60,655 nucleotides of DNA, filler included, from Sphacelaria rigidula (GCA_964200075.2; 9 parts of 9 records of this genome joined end to end with filler, not necessarily neighbours in it), one strand, 5' to 3'; counted from the first letter of the whole stretch, positions 27,240 through 40,354 are shown. Notes: a model not told the origin generated them from the letters alone. A program made the numbers and translations.

Positions 27240-27547
27240 TGTATCGGATCGCAGCGTGGCGTGATGGAGATAGTACGATGATGGGCTGTCGGTTTCAAAA
27301 CGACACTATGCCCGGAGGGCTGATCGCGGGAACTGGCTAGTACCGTGATCAGGGGTGAAGGCGGTGTAATCCGTCAAAAGACGGCATACATGAACATACC
27401 TCTTTACATCTGGTTGGATCCGGTTCTTTACAAGAATCGATCCAGCCGGCACCCTGGGGTTCACTCTCTTTTGAGTGCTGAGGTAAACCCCACCAAGTGG
27501 AAAAAGAAATCGCATCGACCTGAAGCGGTGATCAAGATATCGTGACG
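27240..27547 (+). mobile_element. LTR, probably solo
   Basis: About 98% identical to 33390-33655; starts TG; no PPT upstream and no PBS seen downstream; right end approximate. Confidence 0.7.
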
Positions 27548-30169
27548 TTTGTCGTGTATCGTTCTGCAATGGACTTTCCCACGTGCCGTGAGCTTTTGCT
27601 CTTGTTTCAGGCATAACGGTGAGACAGTAAGATGTTTGATTCAGGCAACGAGCAGATAGATGCAAGAAGATCGGCATGATAGTAAAACGAACTTTGTGCA
27701 CAAATGGAATGGTGAAATGCGTAACCCTATACTAAAAGTAAGTCATATCATGCATGAGCTTGCGAGACATCGTAACTGGCATGATCGAAATGCCATTGTT
27801 GTTCGCTCTGGTATTCGACTTGTACAGTAGAGACACGCATGTGGACGACCACTATGGCCAGCATTATTCCGTCTGTATCATGGTGCTTCCAACCGGGACT
27901 ATTGTGTCGACCGTTGTCATCTGCGACGTGTTGATTGCCCCTCTTGCGATTTCCCGAAATGCCTTTTTTCAATGAAGCATCAGCCACGATGATGTTTCGG
28001 TCCCCATATATGAAAAATCTTTGTTTACCTCAAACGATAACCCCGCATGTGATGATGAATTTTGCCGGCTGAGAGTCTGAAATAAAACGAACTGGTTCTC
28101 GGTCAATCCCGTATGTGCTTGAAGTCGCTGCCTGCTGTGTTTACCCTACGTCACCTGAAGATGCGCGTCCATGGCGTTGGCGCAGCGGTTATCGCTGAAC
28201 GACTGAGTTTGATCTCAGAGGTGCAGATATAATCGCCCTGCCTTTATGTGTATTTTTCAGTACTGTACAACGGGTAATTAAGAACAATTGCCCGCGGTGA
28301 GCAGCCACATCCCTGCGTGACCAATATCTTTCGGTTGACGAGGTCCTCTAACGTTTGAAATGATGTTTCCACGCGAAGGCAAGACACCCGTTCTACTCTA
28401 CTATGCTACAGTTGTCAATAGTAGCTATGGCTGTGATGCGAGTTGGCTCATGTACAGTCTGCAGACCGTGTCTTCACGAGGAAACTCAACAAAAGGCAGC
28501 CATGCCGACGGTGACGCATGTCGAATACAGACAACAAATATCCGTATAAATTTTATAGTATAAGTGCGGACGATTCAAAATTTTGAAAATTCAACTGACC
28601 GAGTCAAGCTACCGCATGCATTCATTAATCTCGCGAAGCCGCGTTTCTACAGCATCTGTGCACGACCACAACGCGTCTATAACAAGCTGTAACCTATGGA
28701 AGGAAAGGAAATGATGGCGTGTCTGAAATAAGCGCACACATGTATATCTATATCCTGGGGTGCAGGGTTGCCGTTGCAATGATGCCCGCTTGAATTGGAG
28801 CTTGCTGTTCCCTGTTCAAAATCGGAGATACCCTACACCATGTTCCCCGAATCAAACTTTCGTGTATTGTACGGTCTGTTGCTGTCGAATTGGCATGAAA
28901 GCGGCCCATCTGCTCTGTGTGCGTCCCGTCACTAAACATGAGTTTTGCTCAACGCTTGGACAGTGCACGAACCAGGCTGATACCCAGTTAACCCTCATCA
29001 CTATCCTACATCAATCGTGACTTACTGTTCGACGAGATATTACCTCATGTCACTAAAAACCGTCCCACTTGAGCCAATTTTCGGTCACCATGGATTGAGT
29101 TAGCCCTATACACATTGCCATATAATTGCGGCGGGTTTTTAGATGTGATAAATGATCTCCCTTACGCCTTGAAATAAAAACTTGCCCTCACGGGTGAGTG
29201 CACAGGATCGAAATGTGAACGCCGATCGTGCGAGGAGCTGTGAGATGAGGCAGCTTGATGCTTGCTTTATACACCACATCACGGTTGACGCCAAGATGAA
29301 ATGATTCTCTACACCGCTTTGCTGTATTCTTGGATGCCATAACTGCTGTACGCCCGAGTTCTGCTGTGTAACGCAGCTGCTCAGTTTTACTGTAGCTCTG
29401 ATTTCGCTGTGTGATGACACAACGCCATGCTTGCTTGATAGCGGTGACAGGTCAAATCTTGTCGTATAGACCTGATTGAGTAGAGTCACGGTGGATACTA
29501 GGATTGCATGACTCTCCACACTGCTTTACTAAATAATTCCATGCAACAGCTGCTGTGTGCTTTCTGCTGTGTGATGCAGCTGAAAGGAGCAACACAACAC
29601 GATTTTGCAGTTTGATACAGCTGAAATGGAACCACGCTATCCTGCTCCACATATACTCAAACTCGATAAGACCCGCTGGATGAAAAAAATCGCTTGTGTC
29701 TCCGAACATTGGGTTGGATGTCATCCTTCGGTTTTACGACACGCTACCGTTTTATTTATTGTGATGCTGTTACAATATGGCTATACGGGATGACGGTACT
29801 GATCGTTTACGGCCTGCACCATCTCCTCGATGAAATTGTTGACTTTGTACTCAGTCTAGCAGTGCATGAGTAGTGTGCTTTCACTGTGGGAACAAAACTG
29901 TTCCGAATCACCATCAAATATCAAATATCGGACTATGCATGCGGAAGAACCTCTGCCGTGTACTGTTTATTCGAGTCTGTATACTGTGGGGAAACATGAG
30001 GTAGTGATGGCCGTGTCGCCTGAGTGAAACTACTGAACGCGATATCAACCAGCAGATGGGAGTTAACGAACTGCGTGCGGAAAAGATACACAGGAGCTAT
30101 CGAGATGTTGTCGGCTACAACTAGTAACGAGTACAGCATATACTTTCAGGAACGCGAACCACTTGCTAG

Positions 30170-31090
30170 AGTATCTCATGCATGACCACGTATTCAACGG
30201 TGAAAGAATGTCGTTTTACTCTATGCTTTGCAAACTCACGAAACTGCTTGTGTGATCGTAATACCATACTGGTTGTGCATACATGCTACAAGGCACGATA
30301 CCATGTGAGCCGATTTGTCGTGAACGGAAAATGCGAAGCTTGAACCAACATGGGGTATTTACCCTCCCCCGGTCAGGGGAGCAGCAGATCATTGATGCGT
30401 TGAATGTGTGTCATTGTCATGGAAATTGAATGTCACTTCAACGTGGTTCCCCCTGATTGATAGTTTTGCCCCTGGTGGATAGCTCCAAAGGGTATGGGCA
30501 AGTCATACATGCTTGAGAACTTCGGGGCTATGTTATGTCTGCTCCGATTTTGAAGAAATCAGACCCAATCATGTGCTTTGACGTTACTTCACGACTTTCA
30601 ATACATGGGTGATCGTTTCCGTGTGCACCTAATAACCGCACCTCGTACATGACCGTGTATGCAACTGCTAGAGAATGACATTGTTACGCTGCCGTCTGCT
30701 AATGCACGGAAATCTGTTTGTCTAACCGTAATGTCATACTGTCTGCATACATGCCACCAGGCACGATACCGATTAGCCGTGAACATAAATTGCGAGGCTT
30801 GAATGAACGAAACATGAGGTATTCACCCTACCCCCTGGTCAGGGGGGGCAAATGATTAATGCTCGAAATGCTATTTTGCCATGGAAAATGGATGAAATCT
30901 CTACATGGTCCCCCTGTTTGATCGTTTGCGCCCTTGGTAGATATATTCAAAGAGTATAAACGAGCCATGCATGCGTGAAACGAATGGAGAGTTATGTGAA
31001 GTTGTTTCTATTCTCAGAGATCAAACCCAACCATGTACTTCTAGCTTACACTTCGACTGCGAATACGTGGGTGGGCGTTTCCAGGTGCAC
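30170..31090. repeat. Diverged tandem duplication, ~465-bp unit x2
   Basis: aggcacgatacc at 30291/30759; atac.tgggtg..cgtttcc..gtgcac at 30601/31063. Confidence 0.8.
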
Positions 31091-31319
31091 TGTTGAGGAT
31101 ACCATTATTTGATTAATATTGCCCGCAGCGGCGGGTCACAGGACTGCATGAAGCTTGCAGCAGTTGCTCGTCAAAAATATTGTTGGTGCCCGCCTGCCGA
31201 TTTCTATGTAGCGAGTGTGGCAATCAACCCAGATCCACAACGATTGAGCGGCTATGAGTGAAGCTGCATGCTAGTGTGTTTGCATGAGACCCCCAGGCGA
31301 ATGCTCCGTCAGTTCCCGT

Positions 31320-31458
31320 TGACCGTCTATACTCGTGCATACTCCGACAATCAATTCGAAGATGACCGTCTACTTGTGCACGCTCTGACAATCCATTCAA
31401 AGATAACCGTCTACATGCGCGTGCTCCGATAATCAATTCGAACGTGACCGTCTACCTG
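31320..31458. repeat. 41-43-bp minisatellite x4
   Basis: t(g/a)accgtcta at 31320, 31363, 31404 and 31445. Confidence 0.85.
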
Positions 31459-31784
31459 TCTGCGCGCTATGACCGCCCCGGGGGCAGAGCTGCATTCTTC
31501 TGGTCTTGAGAGTCCATGGGTTCCACACATTCCTTTGCCGAGATTTACACCAGAAATAATCTGATGAAAGTTGTGGGTTTGTAATGAACGACTCGTGTGT
31601 TTATCGTGGAGACTATGCAAGTTGCCAACATACAAGTCGGACATCGAATGGATGAACGAAGAGTTGTATGAACCAAATATATATATATATATATATATAA
31701 ATGCCTGCACCATACAGCGAACAAGAAGGATTTGATTGCATACAGGAAAATGGGCGAGGACGAAGGCTCAAGATGTCAAGACCA

Positions 31785-32150
31785 TGTGTTTTCGAGCAGG
31801 TTGACAGGAGATCCAGGAGTTCCCCGTGTGTTTTCGAACAGGATGACAGGGTGCCAGGAGTTTCCCATGTGTTTCCGAACAGGATGACAGGGTGCCAGGA
31901 GTTTCCCATGTGTTTCCGAACAGGTTGACAGGGGTGCCAGGATTCTCCCACGTGTGCCCGAACAGGTTGACAGGCATCCAGGAGTTCCCATGCTGTCCGA
32001 ACAGGATGACAGGTGGACAGAATTTTCCCATGTGTGCCCGAACAAGTTGACAGGTATCCAGGAATTCCCATGCTATCCGAACAGGTTGACAGGTGGCCAG
32101 GGTTTTCCCCTGTGTTGTACGAACAGGTTGACATGGAGCCAGAATTCCCT
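31785..32150. repeat. 39-42-bp minisatellite x9
   Basis: gaacagg.tgacagg...ccagga.ttccca unit at 31794, 31836, 31877, 31918, 31960, 31999, 32040, 32079 and 32121. Confidence 0.92.
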
Positions 32151-32401
32151 TGGGAGTCCATGAATTTATACCTGGCTGTCCCCGACACGTGATACCCTGT
32201 CCAACTGCACACGCGTGAACCTGTTTTGTCCGGTTATATTGCTGCTCCCTTCGTTCTCCTTCCCCTTCATGTCTTTGTTCGCTATCGTTATACTGGTGAA
32301 GCGCGAATGCCATTTTAGCCGAAGCGAGTAGGAACGATGTACAGCAGCTGTGGGTACAAGCTGAAGTTTGACACCACAGCAAGAGTAGCCACCGCTCACC
32401 A

Positions 32402-32990
32402 GTAATAGTGTTACTGGGCACCGGAGCAGGGGGGGGAAGCTATGTATCGAAACAGTGGTGAAGGTTGTTGGTAACGTGGGGTAATATAGCAAATAAGTTG
32501 CAACGGCAGGGAGCAGGAATTTTGAGGTCCGCTAACCCTAGTAACAGGAAGATATCTTAGATGAAAATTCTAGGGTCAGCGGCATTTCCTATTATTTTTC
32601 GCGCAAAAGATAGGTTAGTAAAGGTATGGGTCCGGGTGGTCCATGGATTACCGTATGCATTTATTCCGGCAGCGAGTTTCTTCAGGAAAAACAAGAACAC
32701 GTCATCTTTCGAAGGACGATTGAGATTACGGCCTTCGCCGTAGGCGCCGTGAGTCCGGTGTGTGTCTAACAGTCCCCTGAAACTCGGAGCTGTTGACCCC
32801 GACCACCCCACCAACTAAGGAGATTCGGCAACTTTGAAATTATTCCGGGCTGTCAAGCCAAGCGCGCTTGGTGACGACTCGACAGTAAGGTTGCCTCGTC
32901 GGAGCGAACTGGCACCATCGAATGAAGTGTGGAAAAGCCTTGGAGTGGCGTGACAGGACGATGCTACGCTACAGTGGCTGCTGTATCCCA
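32402..32990 (+). pseudogene. Ty3/Gypsy aspartic protease remnant
   Basis: VIVLLGTGAGGGSYVS...GAGILRSANP...MKILGS...VRVVHGLPYA...FFRK...*QDDATLQW aligns with the 52220-53557 ORF (LLDTGAGG...WEDDSTLQW); catalytic D is G here; several stops. Confidence 0.85.
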
Positions 32991-32996
32991 CGGAAG

Positions 32997-33300
32997 GCGG
33001 CGGTCAACAAGATCAAGGACTTTTCCGGACTTGATGGGATCGTTTCTGTACGGTGTTTAAATTCCCTACGTGGTCTAACCCGGGAGAGATATCTACAAGA
33101 GCGGGAGTTGCCGAGAATGTTCGAGATTGTTCTGCACGGTGTTCAAATTCCCTACGTGGTCTAACCCGGCGGAGCGGTCAACAAGATCAAGGACGCCTCT
33201 GGACCGGAAGGGATCGTCCTGCACGGTGTTTAAATTCCCTACGTGGTCTAACCCGGCAGAACGATTATCAAGATCAACGGCTACACCGAGACGCCGAGTA
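32997..33300 (+). repeat. 86-87-bp tandem array upstream of a PPT/LTR
   Basis: Core cggtgtt(t/c)aaattccctacgtggtctaacccgg at 33051, 33137 and 33224. Confidence 0.9.
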
Positions 33301-33379
33301 CTCTGCAAGAGGGACACGGTATCGCGGCGATCCATCGTGTGGACCACGTTCAGTCCCAGGGTTTTTCAATCCTAGGACT

Positions 33380-33655
33380 GAGGGGCGGGTGTTACGGATC
33401 GCAGCGTGGCGTGATGGAGATAGTACGATGATGGGCCGTCGGTTTCAAAACGACACTATGCCCGGAGGGCTGATCGCGGGAACTGGCTAGTACCGTGATC
33501 AGGGGTGAAGGCGGTGTAATCCGTCAAAAGACGGCATACATAAACATACCTCTTTACATCTGGTTGGATCCGGTTCTTTACAAGAATCGATCCAGCCGGC
33601 ACCCTGGGGTTCACTCTCTTTTGAGTGCTGAGGTAAACCCCACCAAGTGGAAAAA
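33380..33655 (+). mobile_element. Polypurine tract + 3' LTR (cut by contig end)
   Basis: gaggggcggg followed by TGTTACGG at 33390; sequence matches 27240 onward. Confidence 0.8.
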
Positions 33656-33755
33656 NNNNNNNNNNNNNNNNNNNNNNNNNNNNNNNNNNNNNNNNNNNNT
33701 TAATTAATTAANNNNNNNNNNNNNNNNNNNNNNNNNNNNNNNNNNNNNNNNNNNN
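33656..33755. other. Artificial contig linker
   Basis: Same structure as 6652-6751. Confidence 0.97.
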
Positions 33756-33821
33756 TGTATGGCCATTTTTTTCGTGACACTTTTGGGCTGGTTTTGGGGG
33801 AGGGGCTATCGTAGAAAGTGT

Positions 33822-34725
33822 CCCAACTTCTTCACCAACTTCACGTTTCCCTTGCATAGTTATCCTGCATATTCCAGCTTTGGTACAGTCACGTTCATCA
33901 GGATACATCTCTAAATCCTAGTATCTAGGGGCGATTTTCTAAGGATCACGTTTATCCTGCTTATCTGTGCCTTACCCTTTTCTATCACTTTGGTTGTGTG
34001 TGCATCCCAAGAACAATGTTTTGATATCTCTACACCAAGGTATGTATACTGGTCTACGAGCGGCAGTTCTTCTTCTCCCACTTCCATTGAACTCTACCGG
34101 ATTTTTTTATCTTGGTTGCAGATGAGTACCGCGCACTCGTTGACATTCGCTGTCACTCTCCATTTCCTCGTGTATTCTAGCGCCTTGTTTATCTGTTGTT
34201 GCAAATGTTCTGCTGTTCCTGAAATCCTCACAAAATCATCCGCGAACATCAATCTCTGATACTATATCTTCACCCACCTTGACCCCTTGCTTTGCTGCTT
34301 CTATTGCTAGTATTAAGTCATGGATGAATACCTTGAATAGGTGGTAACGTACGTGCTTGTGCAACTCCTTGTAAGATATACATATATATATATATATCAC
34401 ACCTTGGACAATATATGGTCAATAGTTGCAATAAACAAGAAACGTACTGCATAAAGTATAGGTCTATTACGACTGTTTCCGGCCGGCAATAGTTGCAATA
34501 AGCCTATACTTTATGCAGTACACTTCTGGTCTATTGCATCGACTGACCATATGTTGTCCAAGGTGTGAAATATTTCGATATTTCCCCGTCTAGCATCATC
34601 GTACTTTTGGCACATTCTGTCATCTTCTTCATCATTCTCCACATCTTTCCTCTGATCCCAGTTTCCCATACCTTTTTCCACAACCAATTTCTCCATACTG
34701 CGTCATGAGCCTTTTGCACGTGCAA
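33822..34725 (-). pseudogene. Non-LTR (LINE) reverse transcriptase fragment
   Basis: VQKAHDAVWRNWLWKKVWETGIRGKMW...[MITE]...ILQGVAQ...LMFADDFV...YTYLGVEISK; decayed and interrupted. Confidence 0.88.
34398..34567. mobile_element. 170-bp palindromic MITE family E, inserted in the LINE RT
   Basis: cacaccttggacaa...ttgtccaaggtgtg with inner gtactgcataaagtatagg/cctatactttatgcagtac; lies next to an (AT)n run. Confidence 0.85.
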
Positions 34726-35694
34726 GAGGGGAGGGGTTAAAGGTGCGACAAGTAAATACATGAAAAAAAACACAAGAATACGGGAGTCACATGCTCCACC
34801 GAAGCGTTCCTCTTCTCCAGTGTACAAGTTCCCCCACACCCTTCACCCCACACCCTCGCCTCCCGGAACAGATGTCGAGAATAAGAGGGTTAACCTAATG
34901 TAGTATTACATGCCGTGCTTTTTTCGTGCAAAGCGTCGTACTCTCGCCATACCGAAATTTTTGGTGGACGCTCTTTCTTGTTCTCGACTGTAACTTTTTA
35001 TTTTTTCCGACTGCGGTTTCATCTCCCCATCATCAGGATCGATTTTGTTGTCATGTACAAGTGCAGTGCCAGGCCCGTTGTTTTCCCTCCTTTCTCTTTT
35101 CGAACTGCCCGCGTAGTTTTTTACCCTCTGCACTCTGTGCCCGCCCACTCCCGGTCTTGTCCCATGGGGGGGCCTGCCTCTACAGGTGCAACCACGGAGG
35201 ACATGCGTGCCACCTCAACAGCTGGTTCCAGAAGCATTCCAAGTGCGGAGTGGTGTCCTGCCGATGCATGTGCTCGGCTCAGGGGTCGTACAGAACGTAC
35301 CAGAAATAGGCTAGACGAGAGACAAGCGAAGAGGAAGCATGTCGCACTCGTGAGTGCTTTTGCCCTTGTCCTCGTCGTCGTCGTTTTTGCTCTTGTGTCC
35401 GACATGTTTGTCTTTTGTAGTTTGTTCGCTGTTCTTCGAAACCTCGGCCTTTTGTTGTTTTTCGGGGGGAGGTTTTTGTCGCACTTTGAACCCCTTCCCT
35501 TCCTCGGGATGAGTTCGTGGTCTCAGGGGATCAACCCATCTCTCTCCCCCGGTACACGCCTCTCACTTTGGTCTCGCCGATTGGGTCAGCACTCCCGCAC
35601 CGCGTCAACTCACGTCAAACAAACTCAGTCGACTGCTTTTGTTTACTCACGTTCTCACGCTTTCCACGGTGGGAATCAAGCGCTACGAAGAAAA

Positions 35695-35774
35695 CCCCAA
35701 CGCATCGGGAATCGAACCCTCGTTCTCTCCACCCTAATGGCGACAGTTGGACCATTACACCGCCGGGGCGCGGC
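35695..35774 (-). repeat. tRNA-derived SINE head
   Basis: Minus strand has ggcggtgtaatggt (A box) and ggttcgattcc (B box); acceptor and anticodon stems are not intact. Confidence 0.5.
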
Positions 35775-37515
35775 ACGTAGGCGTTACTGTATTGCTGTTG
35801 CTGCACCCACCACCTCACGTCGAAGGAAACACGCCGGTTTTTTCTTGGCAAACCCATGATTCGACGTGATTATTGATGAGTAAATGTATATCCAAATGCC
35901 CATTCCGGCGTAGGATATGCGGGGGGGGGGTATAGTCGATGTGGATGGCGAGGAGAAGAAGGGGCTGCTCGCAGTGTTTCTGTTGGTACGACCTCGAGGA
36001 ATTTGCGTGTGGCCTACGGAATCAACGATATTCGAATGATGGCGCTTGCAGCACTGCACGAATCAGAGGTCACATGTATGTGGTGCGTTTCAACGCTCGA
36101 TTAAGGACAGGAAGATGAGGCAATACGGGAGGGTTGCGGCTACTCGGAAAAATGCCACCGTTGGTGGATGATGTTGTGTCGTCATCCGACGGCGGAACTG
36201 TTGACCTTAGAGACGGCCTAGGATATGCATTGGGTGTGTGGGTTATTTCGTTGACGATATATCACATGTTTGGCATGACCCGGGTTTCAAAAATGTAGTG
36301 TAGCTTTTGGTTCTAGTCTGGGGGGAGGGTGGTACAGGGGGAGTTTTTGTCATAGTGAAGCCCTCGAATGTTGACGTGCTCTGTGTGGCCATGATATCGT
36401 ATTTCAGAATGTGATCACACGAGAGGTATTGCGAGGGTCCCATCGTACGAATGATGGTTCGTCTAAAAATTACCTGCCGTTGTTGTTGTTGATTCGTACC
36501 GTACGAATCAATCAAATCCTTGAGTTTTGTTCTCGGCGTTGAGCTAGGCAAGTGGAATAGCGCAAACGTTGCGTAGTAAAAGAATGTTTCGACCCGCGGT
36601 CAACTATTTTCTCTATTTCGGGGACTCGGGCCAAAGATTTCGTAGATGTAGTGATTCCAAGCAGCGCTGATTCGTCCGATCCTCGATGTACTGTTTTTAG
36701 TGTGGGCTGCAGTGCTGCACTGCATTGACGTTGCTCTTGCTCTTTTTACTCTTGTCTCTTTGTTCGCTTTTTTCGTCGCAAAGAAGGGCCTGCTGTGGAT
36801 TTGTGGCCTGCACCATCCACCGCATGAGGTTTTTCGGGGGGCGGGTACGGGGGGAGCACCCTCTTGTGTTTTCCACGTTTCACTGGTATGAGGAGATCTG
36901 GCCTTCCCTCAGTACATATATTTGTTTAATGCTTCCCCTGTTGTATTCGCGTGAGTGACTTTGGTTGTAGGGGGGGGGGGTGACACAGTTGATCGACTTG
37001 CGTCCACCACGTATATTCTTTATTCCATTAATTTGGAGACAGGGAGTCGTGCGCGGGACACGTCACTCGTTGTAATGTGTCAATACTCCGCAGGATGTGC
37101 CTGTTTAGGAACCCACTGGGGCTCCGGAGGATGACCGAAAAATGTTAATTTCTTTTGGGGCTCTGGTTGATAACGATGTCGATTTGATCCGGCAACCATG
37201 CAGAGAAGTGGAGTCCTCCTGTGTGAGGTGGCAGCTGACTTGTTTTTCGTTGGGCAAGCTCTTGGTCAGCGAATGAATCATGCAACATTACAAGATCGTC
37301 TTGATTTTTTACCTATCGTCGGGTGTTCAAAAGTTGCAAGAAACATGCTCTCAAGTACCACGTGTTCAACATTTTTAGTTTCTCACAGATCATTGCAAAA
37401 AAAAAAAACGAACCTAAACTGAGGCACTTTTAGCTGAACAAATTGGGGCAGAACTGCCCGTATGTGAAGAACTTTCTGTGCGCACGTAGCCCCTACTACA
37501 GTAACCAAGCATATA

Positions 37516-37945
37516 AACACGGGATTTTACACATTCGGGATGGATCTTTTCGTGGGGATGAAAACCAGGAGGATTAAAATCTTCGCATCCACACTAAATC
37601 TTCGAAGTATGCTTCTGTTATTCACTTGCTAGTAGCTATTGGCAACTACTACACGCCATACAAATTTGAATTTCGATAACCGAAATGTCGGGGTCCTATT
37701 TGAAAAACCAATTTTGGCGTCCGATCGGACACCTTAAATCCCCCGTAATTGGTTTTTCACCTGGGGTCTGGACATTTCGGTTATCGGAATCCAATTTTTT
37801 GTGGCGTGTAGCAGTTGTCAATAGCTACCAGCCAGTGAAGAAAGGGAAACATGCTTCGAAGGTTTCGTGTGGATACGAAGATTTTAATCCTCCAGGTTTT
37901 CATCCCCAATGAAAGATCCATTCCCAATTTGTAAAACCCCGTGTT
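37516..37945. mobile_element. MITE family B, second copy
   Basis: aacacggg...cccgtgtt with flanks tata/taca. Confidence 0.9.
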
Positions 37946-38118
37946 TACAACAGCTATATCATCTATCTTTTCCTCGTAATTCAGCTGGGAATTTCCCTGG
38001 GCTGCTGACAAGCCACCATTCTTCCATCGCTTCAATTCCTGCGGCCGTTCCTTTCTCGGGTCAATGCGTATTTCGTCTTTTGTGTGGTTTTTACAGGGGT
38101 CGATATTATATATATATA

Positions 38119-38536
38119 ACAGAGGATTCTATAAAATGAGGATCATCAATGAAATGAGGTTCGAGCCCAAAACAGTACCTTCTCCACACTTTCAGCGATG
38201 GTGTCCAGTGACTTTTTTGTCGGCCTAATGCCCCTCGATCGCGTAGATACTTCTTCAGCGCATTTTACCGACTCTGTGAGCTTACAGCGCTGACCGAAAC
38301 TGCTGTTTTCCCTGATATCACTCTCGCCCCCCCAAAAAATAAGTAGAAATGGCGGTTTCAGACAGCGCTGTAAGCTCACAGAGTCGGTAAAATGCGCTGA
38401 AGAAGTATCTACGCGATCGAGGTGCATTAGGCCGACAAGAAAGTCATTGGGCACCATCGCTGAAAGCGTGGAGAAAGTACTGTTTTGAGCTCGAACCTCA
38501 TTTCATTGATGAACCTCATTTCATAGAATCCTCTGT
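38119..38536. mobile_element. Palindromic MITE family C
   Basis: acagaggattctat...atagaatcctctgt with arms of about 175 bp; tata on both sides. Confidence 0.92.
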
Positions 38537-38897
38537 TATATAAAGAATAGTTCGCAGCTGAAATAGGGGATTTTTGTAATTTTTTCTTGGTCGGTCGCAT
38601 ATGTATCAACAATTTTTCATGTGCCGCCGCTCATCCTAGCGAACGTTTGAGCACGAAGTTTGAGGATCGGGGGATATTGGGCATCCGCTCCACATTCCGA
38701 AACAAGAGTCGTCTCTGCGCTGAATAATGAACGACTTACTGGCTGAATTGACAAGGGGTGCTTTTGACCGTTTTTCGTCCGAAACACGTGGCCTGTCGGC
38801 TCTATTATAGCGTATTGAACAGGTAAAAATCAAAAACGAGGATCTGTAAACTCATTCACGGAGCTATTGGGATTATTTCACCCCCGCCCCCCCCCCT

Positions 38898-39196
38898 AGT
38901 GACGCACCCATGAGGCAGTGTATGAGCCGTGGCTGTCTCTGGAAGTGGTGACACCACATAGTAAAACAACTCATTGTAAGCTGTCATCCAACTGCAAGAT
39001 AATCAGTAGGCTTCGGGTCGAACAATCTTAGCATGTTGCAGCTCACCCTTCATGCGACTCGCCACGCACACCACGGCGCTTGGTGGTTTAAGTGCGAGCC
39101 TGGTCCGGCATGCTCCATCCCGGCTTTGTAGGGATACGAGGTCAATGGTCTTTTGACTATGGCATGCATGATCAGGAGTACACCCTCCCCCCCCCC
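38898..39196 (+). mobile_element. ~300-bp poly(C)-ended element, beta
   Basis: Bounded by C-tracts on both sides; collinear with 20341-20651. Confidence 0.75.
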
Positions 39197-40354
39197 GTGC
39201 TATGCAAATCTCGGTTGGGCATTTTTCATAGTTGCATAATCGAAACTGTCTCGCAGACTATTCTTTCCTAGCATTCATGAGTCCTAGCATCGATAGATAT
39301 TGAGAAAAAAAGCAGGTGGCGCCCAGGACACGATCGTCAATTGGTGTTGTCGGGATGATTCGGAGTGAGTACCTCGATTATCAGGATGTTGCGACTTCGG
39401 TGCATGTTGTCACCGCGACCACCTCTGAGCAGACGGGAGTACGTGCAGTAGAGCAACGAAAGGTAGCTATGATCCGGTTTGTCTGCCGTACTGCCGACAG
39501 CGTCGCTTAACAGCCACAAGACCCTTGCTGTCGGCGGTTGATGGCGTGGGTCTCGAATGCAACGACATGCGGTTGATCGTGGAGCACTCTCGTCTCTCCT
39601 CCCAACTTGTAATGATGCATGACCTCCTGACATCGGAATTATGATTAATTATGGGAAGCTACTCGTACTGTTGTACCCATTATTTAGGTGTTTACGCGGC
39701 CAGCGTGTGCTGCAGATTGCGGCATGGGCGTACTCCTGTGCGCCACGCTAGCAACAGTTAGGTCACCACCATAGGTATTTTTTTTCACTCCGCACATCAA
39801 GAAGGTCTCTACAAGAAGTGTTTGATCTCTAATGCACCTCCCTCAACTAGCGTGTGGCACGCTCTTCTGCTCGGGCACCCGGTTAAGGGGAGGTGGGAGA
39901 AAATCAACGATTAATAACACCCCCTAAGGCTACTTCTTACGTATTCCAATTCCAATATTCAAATTGGTTTTTGTCTCAGGCTATTCCAGATTCGGCTGTA
40001 GGTTTCTGTGACAGAAAACACTCTCGTTTTTTTCGGAAAACTGCTAAAAGACTGCTAAAAACATGACCCCATTATCTTGACTACAGGGTGGTGCAACCAG
40101 CACCAGACAACTCTGCGGTGGTGTATGAACTGCAGAGTTCTACACTCAACACCAGACAACACGGCAGTATGCAGTGTTTTTAGTTTCAAAACCTGAACAC
40201 GGACCTCTTGTGTGTGTGACCCCGGCTGGTGGGCCCACATATACCAAAATGTCTAGACCGGCGTCCAAAATAGATGAGACGACAACACAAACACGCACAG
40301 TGTACATACACATGCCGCACAGCAGACCGCGGACAACTTGTAGTCTGCCGATGT

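Noticed and set aside
31613..32421. Repetitive ORFs (STCS.../PVRKH...)
   Set aside because: Unit lengths of 39-42 bp do not preserve frame; these are minisatellite translations.
33047..33260. CRISPR-like geometry (33-37-bp repeat, ~50-bp spacers)
   Set aside because: The spacers are homologous to each other, there are no cas genes, and the context is a eukaryotic LTR element.
35695..35774. Functional tRNA genes (also 22160, 26605, 56370)
   Set aside because: Only A/B-box remnants are present; no intact cloverleaf.
34915..35859. 314-codon ORF
   Set aside because: No recognisable motif; it overlaps SINE-like and low-complexity sequence.
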